A DNA stretch of 63,511 nt, the filler included, from Octopus bimaculoides (lineage: Eukaryota), in NCBI RefSeq assembly GCF_001194135.2. It is 7 parts of 6 records of this genome, joined end to end, with 100 filler letters (N's around TTAATTAATTAA, not from the genome) between each part and the next. Parts side by side here need not be neighbours in the genome. Positions count along the whole stretch, not along the records: positions 1 to 24,036 come from NC_068981.1; 6 more parts are not named here. One strand, 5' to 3'. Positions 1 to 14,350 of this stretch are shown piece by piece. Each line of letters begins with the position of its first letter. Position 1 is the first letter of the stretch. A model generated the notes under the pieces. That model saw only the letters and a program-made list of their open reading frames with translations. It ran no database searches and was not told the origin of the DNA. The position numbers and the translations under genes are program-made.

Positions 1-39
1 CCATGTTTAACAGTCGAAAGAAGGTAGTTTAGGTTAAAT

Positions 40-430
40 ATTTATTTTGGCTGTCTCCACACGTATGCTCGGCCGGTTGTTGGAAATAAGGTAAAGGAAG
101 AATTGTCCGAGAAAATAACATTCTTCTACTGCTCTAGGGACCAATTCTGTAGGTTTTTACTTTAGTCTAAAAGCTTTGCAACGTTTGTTTCTGAAAGTAG
201 TGGTTTTCTGATTGCAGCCCTCCCCTGAAATCCAGCTTTGCGCAACTCCTGGTGAACGGTTTTTGTGGAAACTGACTTCTCGAGGTGGTCATTAAACTGT
301 GCAGTAATTTTGGGAGCTGTAATTTTGTGATTCTTTCCAACAATTAGCGTATGAGTCCGATGGTAGATGTGAACATGGAAACTTCTCAGAGATACTGGTA
401 GTATCAATACTACTGAGGTTGTACACAATC
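40..430 (-). mobile_element. Tc1-family transposase remnant
   Basis: ORF 162-428 has the Tc1 second HTH (KITA..F...VS.KTV..EL.KAGF.GRAAIRKPLLS). Downstream degenerate translation gives WSLEQ*KNVIFSD..FTLFPTTGRAYVWRQPK (first catalytic D). Confidence 0.85.
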
Positions 431-1873
431 TATGTGTTCCTCACAATGTGGGCGGTCGTTATGTTAAATCTGTTCTACATTATATGAAATGTAGATTGAA
501 ACATTTCAAGCAAAGAAACTCAGTAACTATCCTGTACGGAGATATTAATGGAAAATAATGAACTTGAAGAGAGAAATGAAATAAAATCTGTCAGGAAGTT
601 GGAAAGTAATACTTTAGATCTTACAATGCAATATAAAATTAAACCTGTTATTTGCGAAGGTAGCTTGAAACGAAAAGCACAACATTAGAAGGTACCATAT
701 GAAATGCTTTGCATGGAATATCAACAATTATATAACATCTCGCTTTGAAGTTATCTACAAGCAATCAAGGAGTAAGCAATCTCCATTTGTACCATTTATT
801 GTGAAAGTAGAAAACGTGCTGATATAAAACATAAACAATACTCAAAGTTGCAGATACTAAGTTTTTGAGTCTTGCTGCTAACTGAGTGAATGTTCTCCAG
901 ATACTAGTTCTCACTGAACATGATCTGAAAGCCGAGAGAACATCGAATAGAGCAAGAAAAAACAAAACAAACGAAGAAGAATATACTGAGACCGATTGAT
1001 CAAATGAATATTGGGGGAACTTAAAAATAAACTCTGCCACTTACTTGCAGCTCATCTAATACTGTTCTTTGGGATCTCAAAATAGAAACATTTTTCGGTT
1101 GTGAAAGCCTTTTTGACGTTAAAGATAGTAGGAAAGATACAACAGCAAGCAGGCAACTATGGATCATTGGTATGTGGAGTCCATAATTAGAGCGCTCTTC
1201 CAAATTCATACCCATTATTATTGTAGTGAATATATGCTAACCCACCTGGATACAAGTGAACTTGGATTCTTAGAATTAAAAAAAAAAAACCAATCCCCGA
1301 ATTCATACCCTATGCATGGCCAGAATAGTTTCGGTAAAATAAATCTGCAAGGCCTTCTCTTAAAATTTGAAGGATATGTTGCGTAAAAGTTGACGAAATG
1401 AACAGGGAATCTAATCACGAAAATACGTACATACATACTTGCACACATACAATCTTAAGTAAATACAAACACATATATACAACCATACATACAATAAAGA
1501 GAGAGACAGGGAGAGAGAGAGAGAGAGAGAGAGTGATGTGGGATATGATTATACAAGGGGTGTGGTAAAGAGAGAATTTGGACAGAGTTTAATATGTAAT
1601 CGATTATAAAGGGAGACAGCGGAAGGAAGTTCGAGTATCAGATAGAGAGAGAAAAAGAAAGAATAGGTAGAAAAAGGAAGCGATTGAGAAATACTAAAAG
1701 ACATGATTGAGAAAGAATGGATACAAAAATTGTAACAGCAATTACAATAAGAAAAATACTAATCGCGACATACTGCTTTAAATCGCACTCATTTAAAGAG
1801 AATGAGCCCGTGAAATATTTGTTTGAAAAAAATTAAATAATAGGATGAGCACAGCGTGCAATTATTTGTTCTA

Positions 1874-3128
1874 TCAGGTCATTCCATAAGTTCTGTCCGA
1901 ATTTTGAATAAAGAAAACAAATGATCAAATGTTATATTTAATTGAAATTTAATCATCAATGTACTTTCCCTGATTATCTTATGACTTCCTTCCATCTATT
2001 TACAAGCTTTTTAATCTCATCAATGTAAAACTCGTTTGGTTTCAAAGCGAAGAAACCTAAAATGTCAGTTTCGACCTCCTCCTGGCTTGCGAAAATTATG
2101 TCTCCCAAATGATTACGAAACAAATGGTAGTCTGAAGGAGCAAGGTCGGAAGAATAAGGTGGATGAGGAATTTTTTCTCAACCAAGCTCTTCGATCTTCT
2201 GCGATGTGATCTTTGCAGTGTAGGGTCGTGCATTGTCCTGATGAAATATCACTCCTTTTCGATTCTTTAAAGCGGGTCTGTTTTTCTTCAAATCTTGGTT
2301 CAAACGCTCTAATTGCTGACAGTAGACATGAGCATTGATTGTTGCATTAGGTGGTAACAATTCAAAGTGAATTACTGCTTTGCAATCCCACCAGATAGAG
2401 AGAAGAACCTTTTTCCCATGAAGTTCCTTTCTCGGTTGTGGTTGAGCTTTTTCACTTCTACCAAGCCACTGTTTATGATATTTAACATTTCGATAGAAGA
2501 TCAATTTTTCGTCACAAGTCTATCTAAAAAGGGTGAAATGAGTTTGCAAGAATGGAGAGAAGAGCAGATGTCAACTCGGGATTTGCGGTTGCTTTCGGAC
2601 AATTCATGAAGTACCCATTTTCTCAGTTTTGGAACCTTTCCAAGTTGTTGAAGATGACGATGAACAGTTGTATGGTTTGAACTATGCTTTATTGCCAATT
2701 CTTCAACTGATAATGCAGGATTTTCTTCAAGTAATGCTTCAAGGAGCTTATCATCAAACTCAACTGGACGCCCTGTTCGATCTTCATCTTCAAGGCTTAA
2801 ATCTCCATTTCTGAATTTTGTAAACCATTTTCTGCAAGTTCTTTCATTCAAGCATTCTTTCCCATAAACTGAAGGCATGTTTCGAATCGCTTCGGCTGCA
2901 GAGTTTCCTTTTTTGTACTCACAAAACATTATGGACCTCAAATGCTCTTTGGATGTTAGAAAGGGTTTTATTCAAAGGAATTTTCATTCGATTATTCTGT
3001 AAAATAATATTTAATTTGTTTAAATGTACACAAATGCATAAAAACTATTTTTAAATTCCATTAGACATTGTAAAATGCTATTAAATTTCATTCAATTTTA
3101 AAAAGGTAAAACTTATGGGATGATCTGT
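1874..3128 (-). mobile_element. Full-length but inactive mariner (DD34D) DNA transposon, ~1255 bp
   Basis: Imperfect TIRs (tcaggtcattccataagtt / aacttatgggatgatctgt) flanked by TA at 1872-1873 and 3129-3130. Transposase pieces 2941-2501 and 2504-2178 show WV(L)HEL, DEK.IFY, HQDNARP and YSSDLAPSDY, with a 34-residue D-D spacing. One frameshift and an in-frame stop (TGA at a W position). Confidence 0.95.
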
Positions 3129-4544
3129 TACTTGGTTAAATCTGATCTAGGTTTAAACAATAAAAACAAAGACAATACAATCAAAACTCTTATAAACAGA
3201 ATAGTTTTAATGAACGCCTTCTTACATTATTTTAGTAACTTTCCCACACTAGGATAAATATATATGCCATCGAACAGAACTTAAAACTCATAAGCTTTAA
3301 TGTCGTCACCCGACTTTCTAAAAGTTGGCGGCCAAACACCTCTCAAACCACACGATATTTACTAATTCACTTAGTCACCACAGCACTAGTTTGATTTATG
3401 ATTGTCTTAAATAGCGGTTAAACTCGACAGCAAAGACGGACAAAGGGAACACTCCAGCTACTGAGGACCGCATTGTCACGATAGCGACAATATCAACAAC
3501 AAAATCATTATCAGCACTTTCAGCAAAAACAGTGGTACCAACAACAGAAATATGAAGGGTGGCACCGTTCACAGCACCAGCAGCCACAATAGCAAAAACT
3601 CCACGTAAAAGAAGAACACTTGAAACAATCACAATAACAGCAGACAACAGTACGGCAGCCCGGAAGGATACAACACCAACAACATCGCATTATAGAGAAA
3701 CTCTACACATACTAGACCACCAGATCACAAAAATACAGTTAGAAACATTCGCTTGCGCAGACATACCTGTCCCCTCTACTACAGACTCCACCGATTTCAA
3801 AAACTGGGCATGCGACCAAGACAAGTCAAAAAGTTCGTCAAAATGGATCCTCGACAGGAGAAAAGGTAAGATGTGGAAAGATAAAATGTCGTTTCAGAAA
3901 AAGCAATGGAACGGATTGGATGAGGAGATACAGAGCACGATACACAATCACACACCCACACTACCAACATCAGCAACACAACTACAACCATTACACCATC
4001 ACTACACCAACAACAAACATAATTTCAATGACAACAACAACTGAACTCACACAAAGCTTCACTGATGTTAAAAGAAACAACAAAGTATTGTTCCACAGCC
4101 ACAAAATACCACTGACACCAACACAAAACTTCTAGAATTAACGGAGGACTCTTAGAGAAACATTTAATTCTAAGGCGATGTTAGAAGCTTCCGCAAGAAA
4201 TTAGACAAAAGACTTAAAAGCACTTATCGAAGGAGCGCACTCAACTGTGTAGAATACCGACTTGTCCCACCTTCTTCAAAGACAAGAAGGGTAATCTCAC
4301 TAGTTCTCTTTCCTTTGATCAACATAACTTTGCTTAACTGTTCGGTCTGAAGAGAAAGACAAATAGCGAGGGGTTGAATTTTAGTACTTACCTCCTAAGC
4401 TTGTCTCGTAGCTTAGCGGACGATACAGAGCACTGTAGAAAGTAGATAACAGTAACGGAAATAGATGAGATGACGTATGGGTACGTGAGGTGCATTCACA
4501 CAGTTTGGATGGTTTCTATTACTATTTTTACGCAGACGATATTT

Positions 4545-5010
<466 letters not shown>

Positions 5011-5016
5011 AAATAA

Positions 5017-5051
<35 letters not shown>

Positions 5052-5229
5052 AATATACATGCAACATTTGTTCATCTACGTCTTCGTAGATGACTAGTAG
5101 AACGGATACCTTCCACAAAAACGAGATTGCAAACTCTCCTACAACTGGTAGCAGCTCGGGTGTATTCTAACTTCCTCAGTTCCTTAAGTCTGGATGTGGT
5201 AATGTTGAGAAAACACACAAGGAAAGAGG

Positions 5230-5900
5230 AGGCAATTAATAATTTCCAGCTCATACCTTTGCAAAATTCAGAGTTTGGCCAAGTTCCTAGCTCAAACGTT
5301 GGCGTTAGTTGTCGGGAGCGAGGTTAGAAAAGCTCAGATGTGCACAAATCCTCTGGTTTATCGACCACGACTTCCATCTCATTGCAGAGAGGGTAGTTAT
5401 TATAACCTAAAATACTACCTGAGTGATGTGTCTTACTGTTTCGTGAATGACCAATTTGAAGAGCTTGCAATTTCGTTTTTGTGGAAGGAACCTGTTCTAC
5501 TAGCCAGGCGGTCTGTCAGCTATCAATATTCTCTGGACGAAAGACTTGGTATGCCGTAACTATTAATATATAGACACTTTCTGAGGCTGTAGCATCTAGG
5601 CGGTAAGCAGGTATGATTGCCCTTTGTCAGGTCCGGCTTTCCACGATCTATATATTTAAATGAGCTGCAGTTCTGGGTCAAATGAAATTAAGTCCTGGGC
5701 ACCTGACATCTGGAATATTGTCAGGTCCTTACAGGTTTCCACAGCTTTGAAGAAGTCGAGCAATGCGTTCGACTGAACTTTCAAGTCAGCGTTCTATAAA
5801 TGAGGTGGAAGAGTTACAAAAATCTAGGCATCGACAAGAGTTAATTGGCTGGTATATGATAGGGGACTTTTGACTTGGAAACTATGGATAAACTTTCAAA
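5230..5900 (+). mobile_element. Degenerate Tx1-like (L1 clade) LINE fragment, post-RT region
   Basis: Translation ...FLWKEPVLLARRSVSYQYSLDERLGMP*LLIYRHFLRL*HL resembles the FLWK..LVRR...Q...GLGMP...H.LRL.HL segment of Tx1 ORF2; many stops. Confidence 0.55.
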
Positions 5901-6568
5901 AATCTCTGGTCTAACAACATTGATTTTACCAGGGTTTGAATGTAGTAAGTAAAGAGGTGAAAGTAAGTATGAGAAGTCATATAGTCTGCGACCATGTTGT
6001 TTAGCTGGTTGTATAGCTCCTGGTCAGGCTAATATACTTAGACCTGTTATTAAAATTATTCGAGCTGTAACCACAGCACAAACATTTTGTTTATCCTCTT
6101 TCGAGACGATACAGCATTATTTGAAGATTTGGCTATTTTTCCTACTACGTTTAAAATTCCCGTAGATGCAACTTTATTTGTTCGACTCTGTGTTTACTTT
6201 ACCACAAGGATAAACAAATGAGAGTATAAGGTAATACAGAAAACAAAAGCCAAAAGCTCTAACAACAATTCAATAAAAAAAAAATTATAAAAGAAGACTT
6301 GGGAAATAAAAGAACAATAACTATAACAGCAATAATATAAAATTAAGAACAACGATAAAATCAACAAAAAAGAGTTCGGTGAAAATGAGGAGGTAAAACG
6401 GAAGTGGGCTTGGAATAGTAGATAATTTTGAAATAACGGATAAAATAACCATTCTAGAGTTTAGCAAGAATTGTTTCTGTCGTCTGTTTAACGTGTGTCC
6501 TGTTTTGAAAATAATCTTGGGAAAGAAAACAAACCGAATGGAAACAAAAAAGAATTGCTGGAAGCGAA

Positions 6569-6645
<77 letters not shown>

Positions 6646-9600
6646 TGTGTGTGTGTGCGCGTGTATGTGATGGAGAGGAGATGTATCATGAGACGTATGT
6701 GAAGAAAGAAAAGTGAATAGTCAAATGAAATTTAGACAGAAGAGTGAACAAGCATACATGGAAATATAATGAAATCTGAAGGATTAAGGCAGGTTATAAG
6801 AAGTAAGAATTATAGAGAAGATAAAAAATAGAATGTTAAAATGTTTAGGTGTACCAATGCATCTACTGTAACAACAGAGAATGATGTAGAACGAATGAAA
6901 TATGACTGCTACCATTGAAATAAAAATGAAAAATGTATGGAAAACATTAAATGGTGAAAGGAATATAGAGTAATAGACAGTGAGTGTGACGAGCGATATA
7001 TATGTTATACAGAAAATCGCATTGGAAGTTGTTAGTATTGCCATATAACAAAACACTTATCACTATTAATGCTGTTACTACTAAGAGGGATGTAGTTATC
7101 CACATCGAGCGTTACTTTGATATTTCGGTGTTAAGTGTATCGGTTTCGGAATAGAGAAAACTGCTAATGACAGGATAATAATTAACAATCTTCCATCCGC
7201 TATAGCACTACTTACTGATTTTTGCTACTGCTGTTGTTGAGATACACCGGCACTTATCGTTGTTTGCAATATGAAAGACTAACTTGACCACGTCTTGATT
7301 TGAACTTGAAATCAGAAGTCAAACCTATATATTGTAATTTACTTTGCTCAGACTCTTTCATATATATCGTATTCTTTAGATTTCTTTAGATTTACTTTAG
7401 ATTTCTGTCAATGAAATCCATATCTATTCCTTCAGCTTATGAAATATTGGAAACAAATTGAAGTTACAATTAAAGGTATTATACAAATGATGGCATATTT
7501 AGCTTCAACCCTCTGCCATTCTGAACTACTAAACGCACTACCAATGCCCTTCATTATTTTTTCCTTAAAGGAAATAAATACTTGGACTCAATACAAGTTG
7601 TATTTTGTTGATATGTCGCCCAACACGAGGTAAATAAAACAGCACAAGAGAATCATCAGATCTCGGAACTGGAACGTTAGAAAGCGGTCATAACATGTTT
7701 TACAGATTCGAGCAACACTCACAGTCCTTAACATAAATGATTTGTTACGTTCACCTTTACATGTTCATGAGATAGAGCATAACTGATTTGTTAATCTCAC
7801 TTGTGTGCCAAAAGTATTGATCTTAGCCGAATGAAATACATGTTATCAAAAATACAGGGACATGTGTTTTGACATTTCAGCTGTTCAACTGACCTTCATT
7901 GGCTTAAAACAATATTACGACTTAACGTATTTGTAAGCATATGCTCGGGCAAATGAATGCAACGCATATCTGTATTTATTTCATTAGACTCGAATGATTT
8001 TACCAAAATACTTGAACACAGAAATATCACAAAAGATTGAGTGTTTGAAAACACCTGACCTGAAATAAGAAATATAATAATGACGATTCGGGCGTCTCTA
8101 GACATAAAGTATTTGCCTCTCTTAAGACGATTTACACAAATCTAATACAAAAATTGTAGAAGCGAACCGGCAGAGTGGCTGTCGTATTATACTAATTGCT
8201 CAAAATTTTTTAGTTCAAAATTTTGTCATGCTTTTGGATAATACATTGACTGTAACTCTAATCAGTTAACATCCTTTCTTGTAAACTGCTGCCGATCGCC
8301 TGGGAATACTGTTGGGTGTATAATGGTGTCCTAATAGTAAATACTATTTAATTCTATTACATATTACTATCTGTAAATTTCCATCACTATCGCAGGTTGC
8401 AGACCATTTTGTGTTTTGATAATTCAAATCACGTCTGAAGAAATGGCTTGCTTATTTTGTTCTTTTACGTAATCTATAAATAAATAACAAAGATCTATAC
8501 TCATAGAAATGCTTGTTGTGTAATTTCAATGTCGACTTCATTCTTATACATTTATCATGTGTATGTGTGTGTGTGTGCGCGCGTGTGTGTGCGTTCGTGC
8601 GTGTGTATGCGTGTGCATGTGTGTGAGAGTGTGCGTGTGTGTGAGAGTGTGTGCGTAAGTGTGTGTGTCTGTGTGCGCGCGTGTGCATGCATAGAATATA
8701 CGCACATATACAGACATATATATGCATGCATACATTTGATTATACCTACATATATGCACTTACGAATCCATAAATATACACAAACACACACAAATATTTA
8801 AGTGAATGATTAAGAAGTTAAAATGATTAGTATGAAATATTAACAGATTCGTTCAGTGATGAATTAAATATGAAGGTTAGAATGGACAACGAATAAGGAA
8901 TGATAGAATTAGTTAAATTGCTAGTCAATGAATGAAAAACAAAGAAATGAATGAACGGATTTAAAACATGAATGAAAGAAACCGAAAAAAATAGTGACAA
9001 AAAGGTGAAAACTTGGTGTAAATTGTGAAAGAAGGATTGAAAAATAGTGGGGAAAACCATCTTAAAATAGAGAGAGGGAGAGGGGAAGAAGGAAAGTTAT
9101 TAGTAAGCGAACGGCTATATAATAAACACGAGTACTATGGATAAATCTATACAAATAAACAAACGCCTATATCTGGTATCGGGGAAAGACGAAGATGTAT
9201 GTAAGCTGGTGTGGTATTGATGGTGTTGGTGTTGGTGGCGGTCGAGCTTCGTGCGGGTAGGAATTAAATATCTAGAATAGAAACAAAGTTAAAACGCATT
9301 TCGTTCACTCCATTTCACCTACAGCTATACAACACCATCTACCACCATCACCACCACCGTCGCCACTGCGTCCACCACCACCACCAACAACAACAACAGC
9401 AACAACAATCATTATCCTCTGTCACCGTTCTCTACCACACGCACAGCAGGTTGTACGGAAGATAGAAGTGATACAGATATCTTGAGATTTTTTTCTTCCT
9501 CCTCACCTTTCTCTATTTTTTAATCGATGTAATCCCTTAAATTCATAGTTATAAGATTAATGCATAGGATTCAAAGTTGTCTTCTCAGCGTTGTTTCTTG

Positions 9601-10208
9601 CAACCTCCGCCAATGCCAACAGCCATCACAGTGTTCGTCGTCGTCAGCAGTGCTTAATTTTGCTTCATTATCGTTCATCTAATCCCCACTTGAAATCCTC
9701 ATCACCATCACCATCATTCTCGTCGTCGTCACCGCTGTTGCTTTCATTGTCTTCACCATGAACATCAACAGCATTATCACAGCCGATTTTGATAATGATA
9801 ACATTATCATTGATATTGTATTCGTTGCCATCATTGTTGTCATTGTCACACTGACTGTAAATTCAACAATAGTAAATGTAAACCATTCGCCCATGAAAAT
9901 TCTAGTAAAACTGCCAATTGAGATAAACTGCTCCGTTTACATCCGAGATAAATCTCATGAATATTCTGAGATACATCAATGGTGAAGTTTCTGGGCATCT
10001 AAATGGGTTCCGGGTTTCTCACCATCAGACACCAACGACTTGTTGACACAGGGGTGCGGTTGATCAGCTCTCAACATGTATCCTACCAGCTGCAGGCTCC
10101 GGATCTATTTTCTTTATACAAATTCAATACTAAAAAATATTCAGTCTATGAACCTGATCTTTAGCGATGAACATTTATGAGTATAGATATGTATATATAT
10201 ATATACTT

Positions 10209-10606
10209 TTTTACTCTTTTACTCGTTTCAGTCATTTGACTGCGGCCATGCTGGAGCACCGCCTTTAGTCGAGCAAATCGATCCTAGGACTTATTCTTTG
10301 TAAGCCTAGTACTTATTCTATCGATCTCTTTTTGCCGAACCGCTAAGTTACGAGGACGTAAACACACCAGCATCGGTTGTCAAGCGATGGTGGGGGACAA
10401 ACACAGACACACAAGCACACATACATACATATATATACATATATACGACGGGCTTCTTTCAGTTTCCGTCAACCAAATTCACTCACAAGGCTTTGGTGGG
10501 CCCGTGGCTATAGTAGAAGACACTTGCCCAAGGTGCCACGCAGTGGGACTGAACCCGGAACCATGTGGTTGCTAAGCAAGCTACTTACCACACAGCCACT
10601 CATGCG
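10209..10606 (-). mobile_element. tRNA-derived SINE family A, near full length
   Basis: Reverse complement of 49898-50304; A/B-box-like head and (AAAGAGT)-like tail. Confidence 0.9.
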
Positions 10607-11153
10607 TCTGTGTATANNNNNNNNNNNNNNNNNNNNNNNNNNNNNNNNNNNNNNNNNNNNNNNNNNNNNNNNNNNNNNNNNNNNNNNNNNNNNNNNNNNN
10701 NNNNNNNNNNNNNNNNNNNNNNNNNNNNNNNNNNNNNNNNNNNNNNNNNNNNNNNNNNNNNNNNNNNNNNNNNNNNNNNNNNNNNNNNNNNNNNNNNNNN
10801 NNNNNNNNNNNNNNNNNNNNNNNNNNNNNNNNNNNNNNNNNNNNNNNNNNNNNNNNNNNNNNNNNNNNNNNNNNNNNNNNNNNNNNNNNNNNNNNNNNNN
10901 NNNNNNNNNNNNNNNNNNNNNNNNNNNNNNNNNNNNNNNNNNNNNNNNNNNNNNNNNNNNNNNNNNNNNNNNNNNNNNNNNNNNNNNNNNNNNNNNNNNN
11001 NNNNNNNNNNNNNNNNNNNNNNNNNNNNNNNNNNNNNNNNNNNNNNNNNNNNNNNNNNNNNNNNNNNNNNNNNNNNNNNNNNNNNNNNNNNNNNNNNNNN
11101 NNNNNNNNNNNNNNNNNNNNNNNNNNNNNNNNNNNNNNNNNNNNNNNNNNNNN

Positions 11154-11709
11154 ATGTAAAAAGTTGTCGTATTTCGGTAATTTCAGCCAATCACTGATGT
11201 CTATTGAGGTGAAAACAATTAATGGCGTGGAATGTAAACAACGGTGTCACGGGATCTTTTCCCTTGAATAAAATTAGTCCCGTTGTTTGTCAACAACAAC
11301 TACCCGTGTTACTCTTATTTATGACATCATTCGTGCGTTTGTACTGGTTTTAGCTTTAGGGTTTTAGGGTTAGGGTTCGGGTTTTAGAGTTAGGATTAGT
11401 TTTAGGATTACGGTTAGGGTTATGATTATTTTTGCCATAACCTCACTCATAACCCTAACACTAACCCTAAAACTCATAACCATAACCCTAACCACAACCC
11501 TAGCCCTAAAACCCTAACCCTAACTCTAAAACCCGAACCCTAACCCTAAAACCCTAAACCCTTACTCAGGAATAATGATATAATTAAACAGGGACTAACA
11601 CTCTTAACACCGGTAAAAATTATTGTTTATGAAAAGAGCACTAACTGTATTCAGCTGAATAGACGTCAAGTGATTGGTTGAAATTACAGAAATATGACAA
11701 CTTTAACAT
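11154..11709. mobile_element. Fold-back / MITE-like element with long terminal inverted repeats and internal inverted TTAGGG-like arrays
   Basis: 11154-11213 is the reverse complement of 11650-11709 at high identity; 11355-11394 is an exact 40/40 reverse complement of 11519-11558; the left end runs into the gap. Confidence 0.8.
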
Positions 11710-12089
11710 GAAATAACTTATTAAGAACTAATTTTTGTTAAGAAGGCTAAGAGAAAAAGATGTTTTATATGACATATTCTACCAGTATCCCAAGTTTGAA
11801 AGTGTTTCGTTAAGAAAACAAGTGTTGCCCGTCAAACCAACAAGATCCCAGTAGGCAGCCTGGGCACTCCGTCTTAATATTAATCTCCAGCGGGAAATGG
11901 ACAAGAGCAAAAGGAAATGAAGTACGTTGCTCAAGGACAAAATGCACTACTCTATACAGGGATCGATCTTCACTCAATGCTGCTTGATATGTTGTCATAA
12001 ATCAATAGTAAAGTGATGACAGCAACAGTAAAGATAGTATAGCTGGTAGAGTTGCTGCTGGTAGGGTTACATGCACGAATAAATACATA

Positions 12090-12236
12090 CACACACATAC
12101 ACACGCACATACATACATGAATACACACATACATGCATACAACCACGCATATGTATATATATGTAGGGGTGAGTGTGTATGTATACACACACGTACCATA
12201 AACACACACATATATACGTGTATTTATGTATGTATG

Positions 12237-12273
<37 letters not shown>

Positions 12274-12553
12274 CCTCGTTCAGAGATTTAACATATATAT
12301 ATATGTATATATATATATATACAAATATATATTCATATATATATATATACATTCCTATATATATATATGTATATGTGTGTGTGTATATATGTATTTATAT
12401 TTATGTGATGTACTTGTGTGTGAGCGTGTGTATGTGTGTTATTTGATAGTTTCATACTTCTCTTTTCCTTTCTCTTCTATTTATTTACTTCTCCTCTTTC
12501 TTTTCTTCAGTATCATCATTACTCGCACCATCATTATCATCATCATCATTGTT

Positions 12554-12588
<35 letters not shown>

Positions 12589-12976
12589 TACTGTTTTTTT
12601 TCTTACATTTGATTCTTTTTTTCTTTTCCTTTCTTTTTTTTTTCTTCTTTCAATGGCGTTTCTACATACCTCACACCTATCCCCCAAACTTTCGTGTGTA
12701 ATTTCATTCGGCGGAAAAAAGTTTACTCAAAAGTCATCTTCAACGCAGCAGGTCATTCAGCCTCACCTTCCCCTTTTCTACGCACACTCTCTCTCTCTCT
12801 CTCTCTTTCTCTATTTGTTTCTCGCTCTCTTTTCTTTCTCTTTTCCTGTCACATACTTTCAGTCTTTCCCTTACTTAGCACTTCTCGTCTCCTCTCTTTC
12901 TCTCTCTCTCTGTATGTGTGTGTGTGTGCGTGTGTGTGTATGTGTTTCCATATACATACATACATACATACATACA

Positions 12977-13010
<34 letters not shown>

Positions 13011-13141
13011 CATACATACATACATACATGTGTGTATATATATGTGTGTATATATATATGAGTTTGTCACTACTATTTATATTATTATATGATTGAACGC
13101 CATGCATCCATTTCCAAGTAATTTTATATGTATATACACAA

Positions 13142-13185
<44 letters not shown>

Positions 13186-13900
13186 ACACAGAGGAAGAGA
13201 TGGGTAAATAGCGTGTAAAGGAGTGAGCGAGTGAACGAGGGAAAGAGAGTATTAGGCAGGGGTGAGGAAGTTGGTGTCACGGCTGTCGAAGTTCATTTTT
13301 CACACCAAATCATCCCTATTTAAACAGGTTTTATTTATTTATTTACCTATCTACCCATTCATCATTCATTCATTCATTCATTCATTCATTCACTCACAAC
13401 CACACACACGAACACACATAAATACTTACACATGCTACTTTCTCATATTAATACAAGCACAGATATCTTATGCACATACACACACAAACACACACACAAA
13501 CACACACACACTTGTTTCTCTCTTGTATGCGCAAACTCCAGTTTATTTTACGCATGTACATAGTCTTTTATCTTCTAGACATACACATAGGCACACGAAC
13601 ACAAACACACACGCACATATATCATACATCAGTCCATATTCTATTCTCACTTACGCGCACGTACACATGCATCCTTACATACACATATACTCTAGTCTCT
13701 TTCACACAAGCACGCGTTCGTTCTTCCTCACACACGCGCGCGTGCGCAGACACGAAAATACACAGACCCCTTATATCTTTCGTATAAACTCCAGTACTCA
13801 TATGAACATTGTATACACGGACATACATAGGTACATGCATAGATACATTCACACATATATGTACGTACATTCATGCTCACGTACGTTCGTACATACATAC

Positions 13901-13948
<48 letters not shown>

Positions 13949-14118
13949 GCATATATACATACACTGCATACATGAATATACATAGGTACATACATACATA
14001 TATACATACATACGCATATATATATGTACGTACATACATATACATACATGCATACATGCATATATAGATACATATAAATACATGTATTCATACCTACATA
14101 CAAATATATAAACACACG

Positions 14119-14152
<34 letters not shown>

Positions 14153-14350
14153 TGCATATATGCACATGCATATATGCATACTTATATACATAAGTATATG
14201 TGTGCGTTTATATACACAAACATAATACATATATGCAGATATACATACATACATATATACATACATACATGTATACATACACCCATACAGACAGACAAAC
14301 ATACAAACTCCCAGACAAACGTTTACTCACATCGCCTACTCCTTCGTTCA
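12090..14350. repeat. Compound microsatellite / low-complexity block: (TA)n, (CA)n, (TACA)n, (ATC)n, (CT)n, (TTCA)n
   Basis: Directly visible; source of many spurious ORFs. Confidence 0.95.

Noticed and set aside
3559-4300. 161-aa ORF / possible LINE N-terminal remnant
   Set aside because: Largely low-complexity ACA-rich sequence with no recognisable domain, and only a vague Cys motif near 4250.
11355-11558. Telomere-telomere chromosome fusion site (TTAGGG then CCCTAA)
   Set aside because: The arrays are short, mirror each other's variant units exactly, and sit inside non-telomeric TIRs; a fold-back element explains this better.
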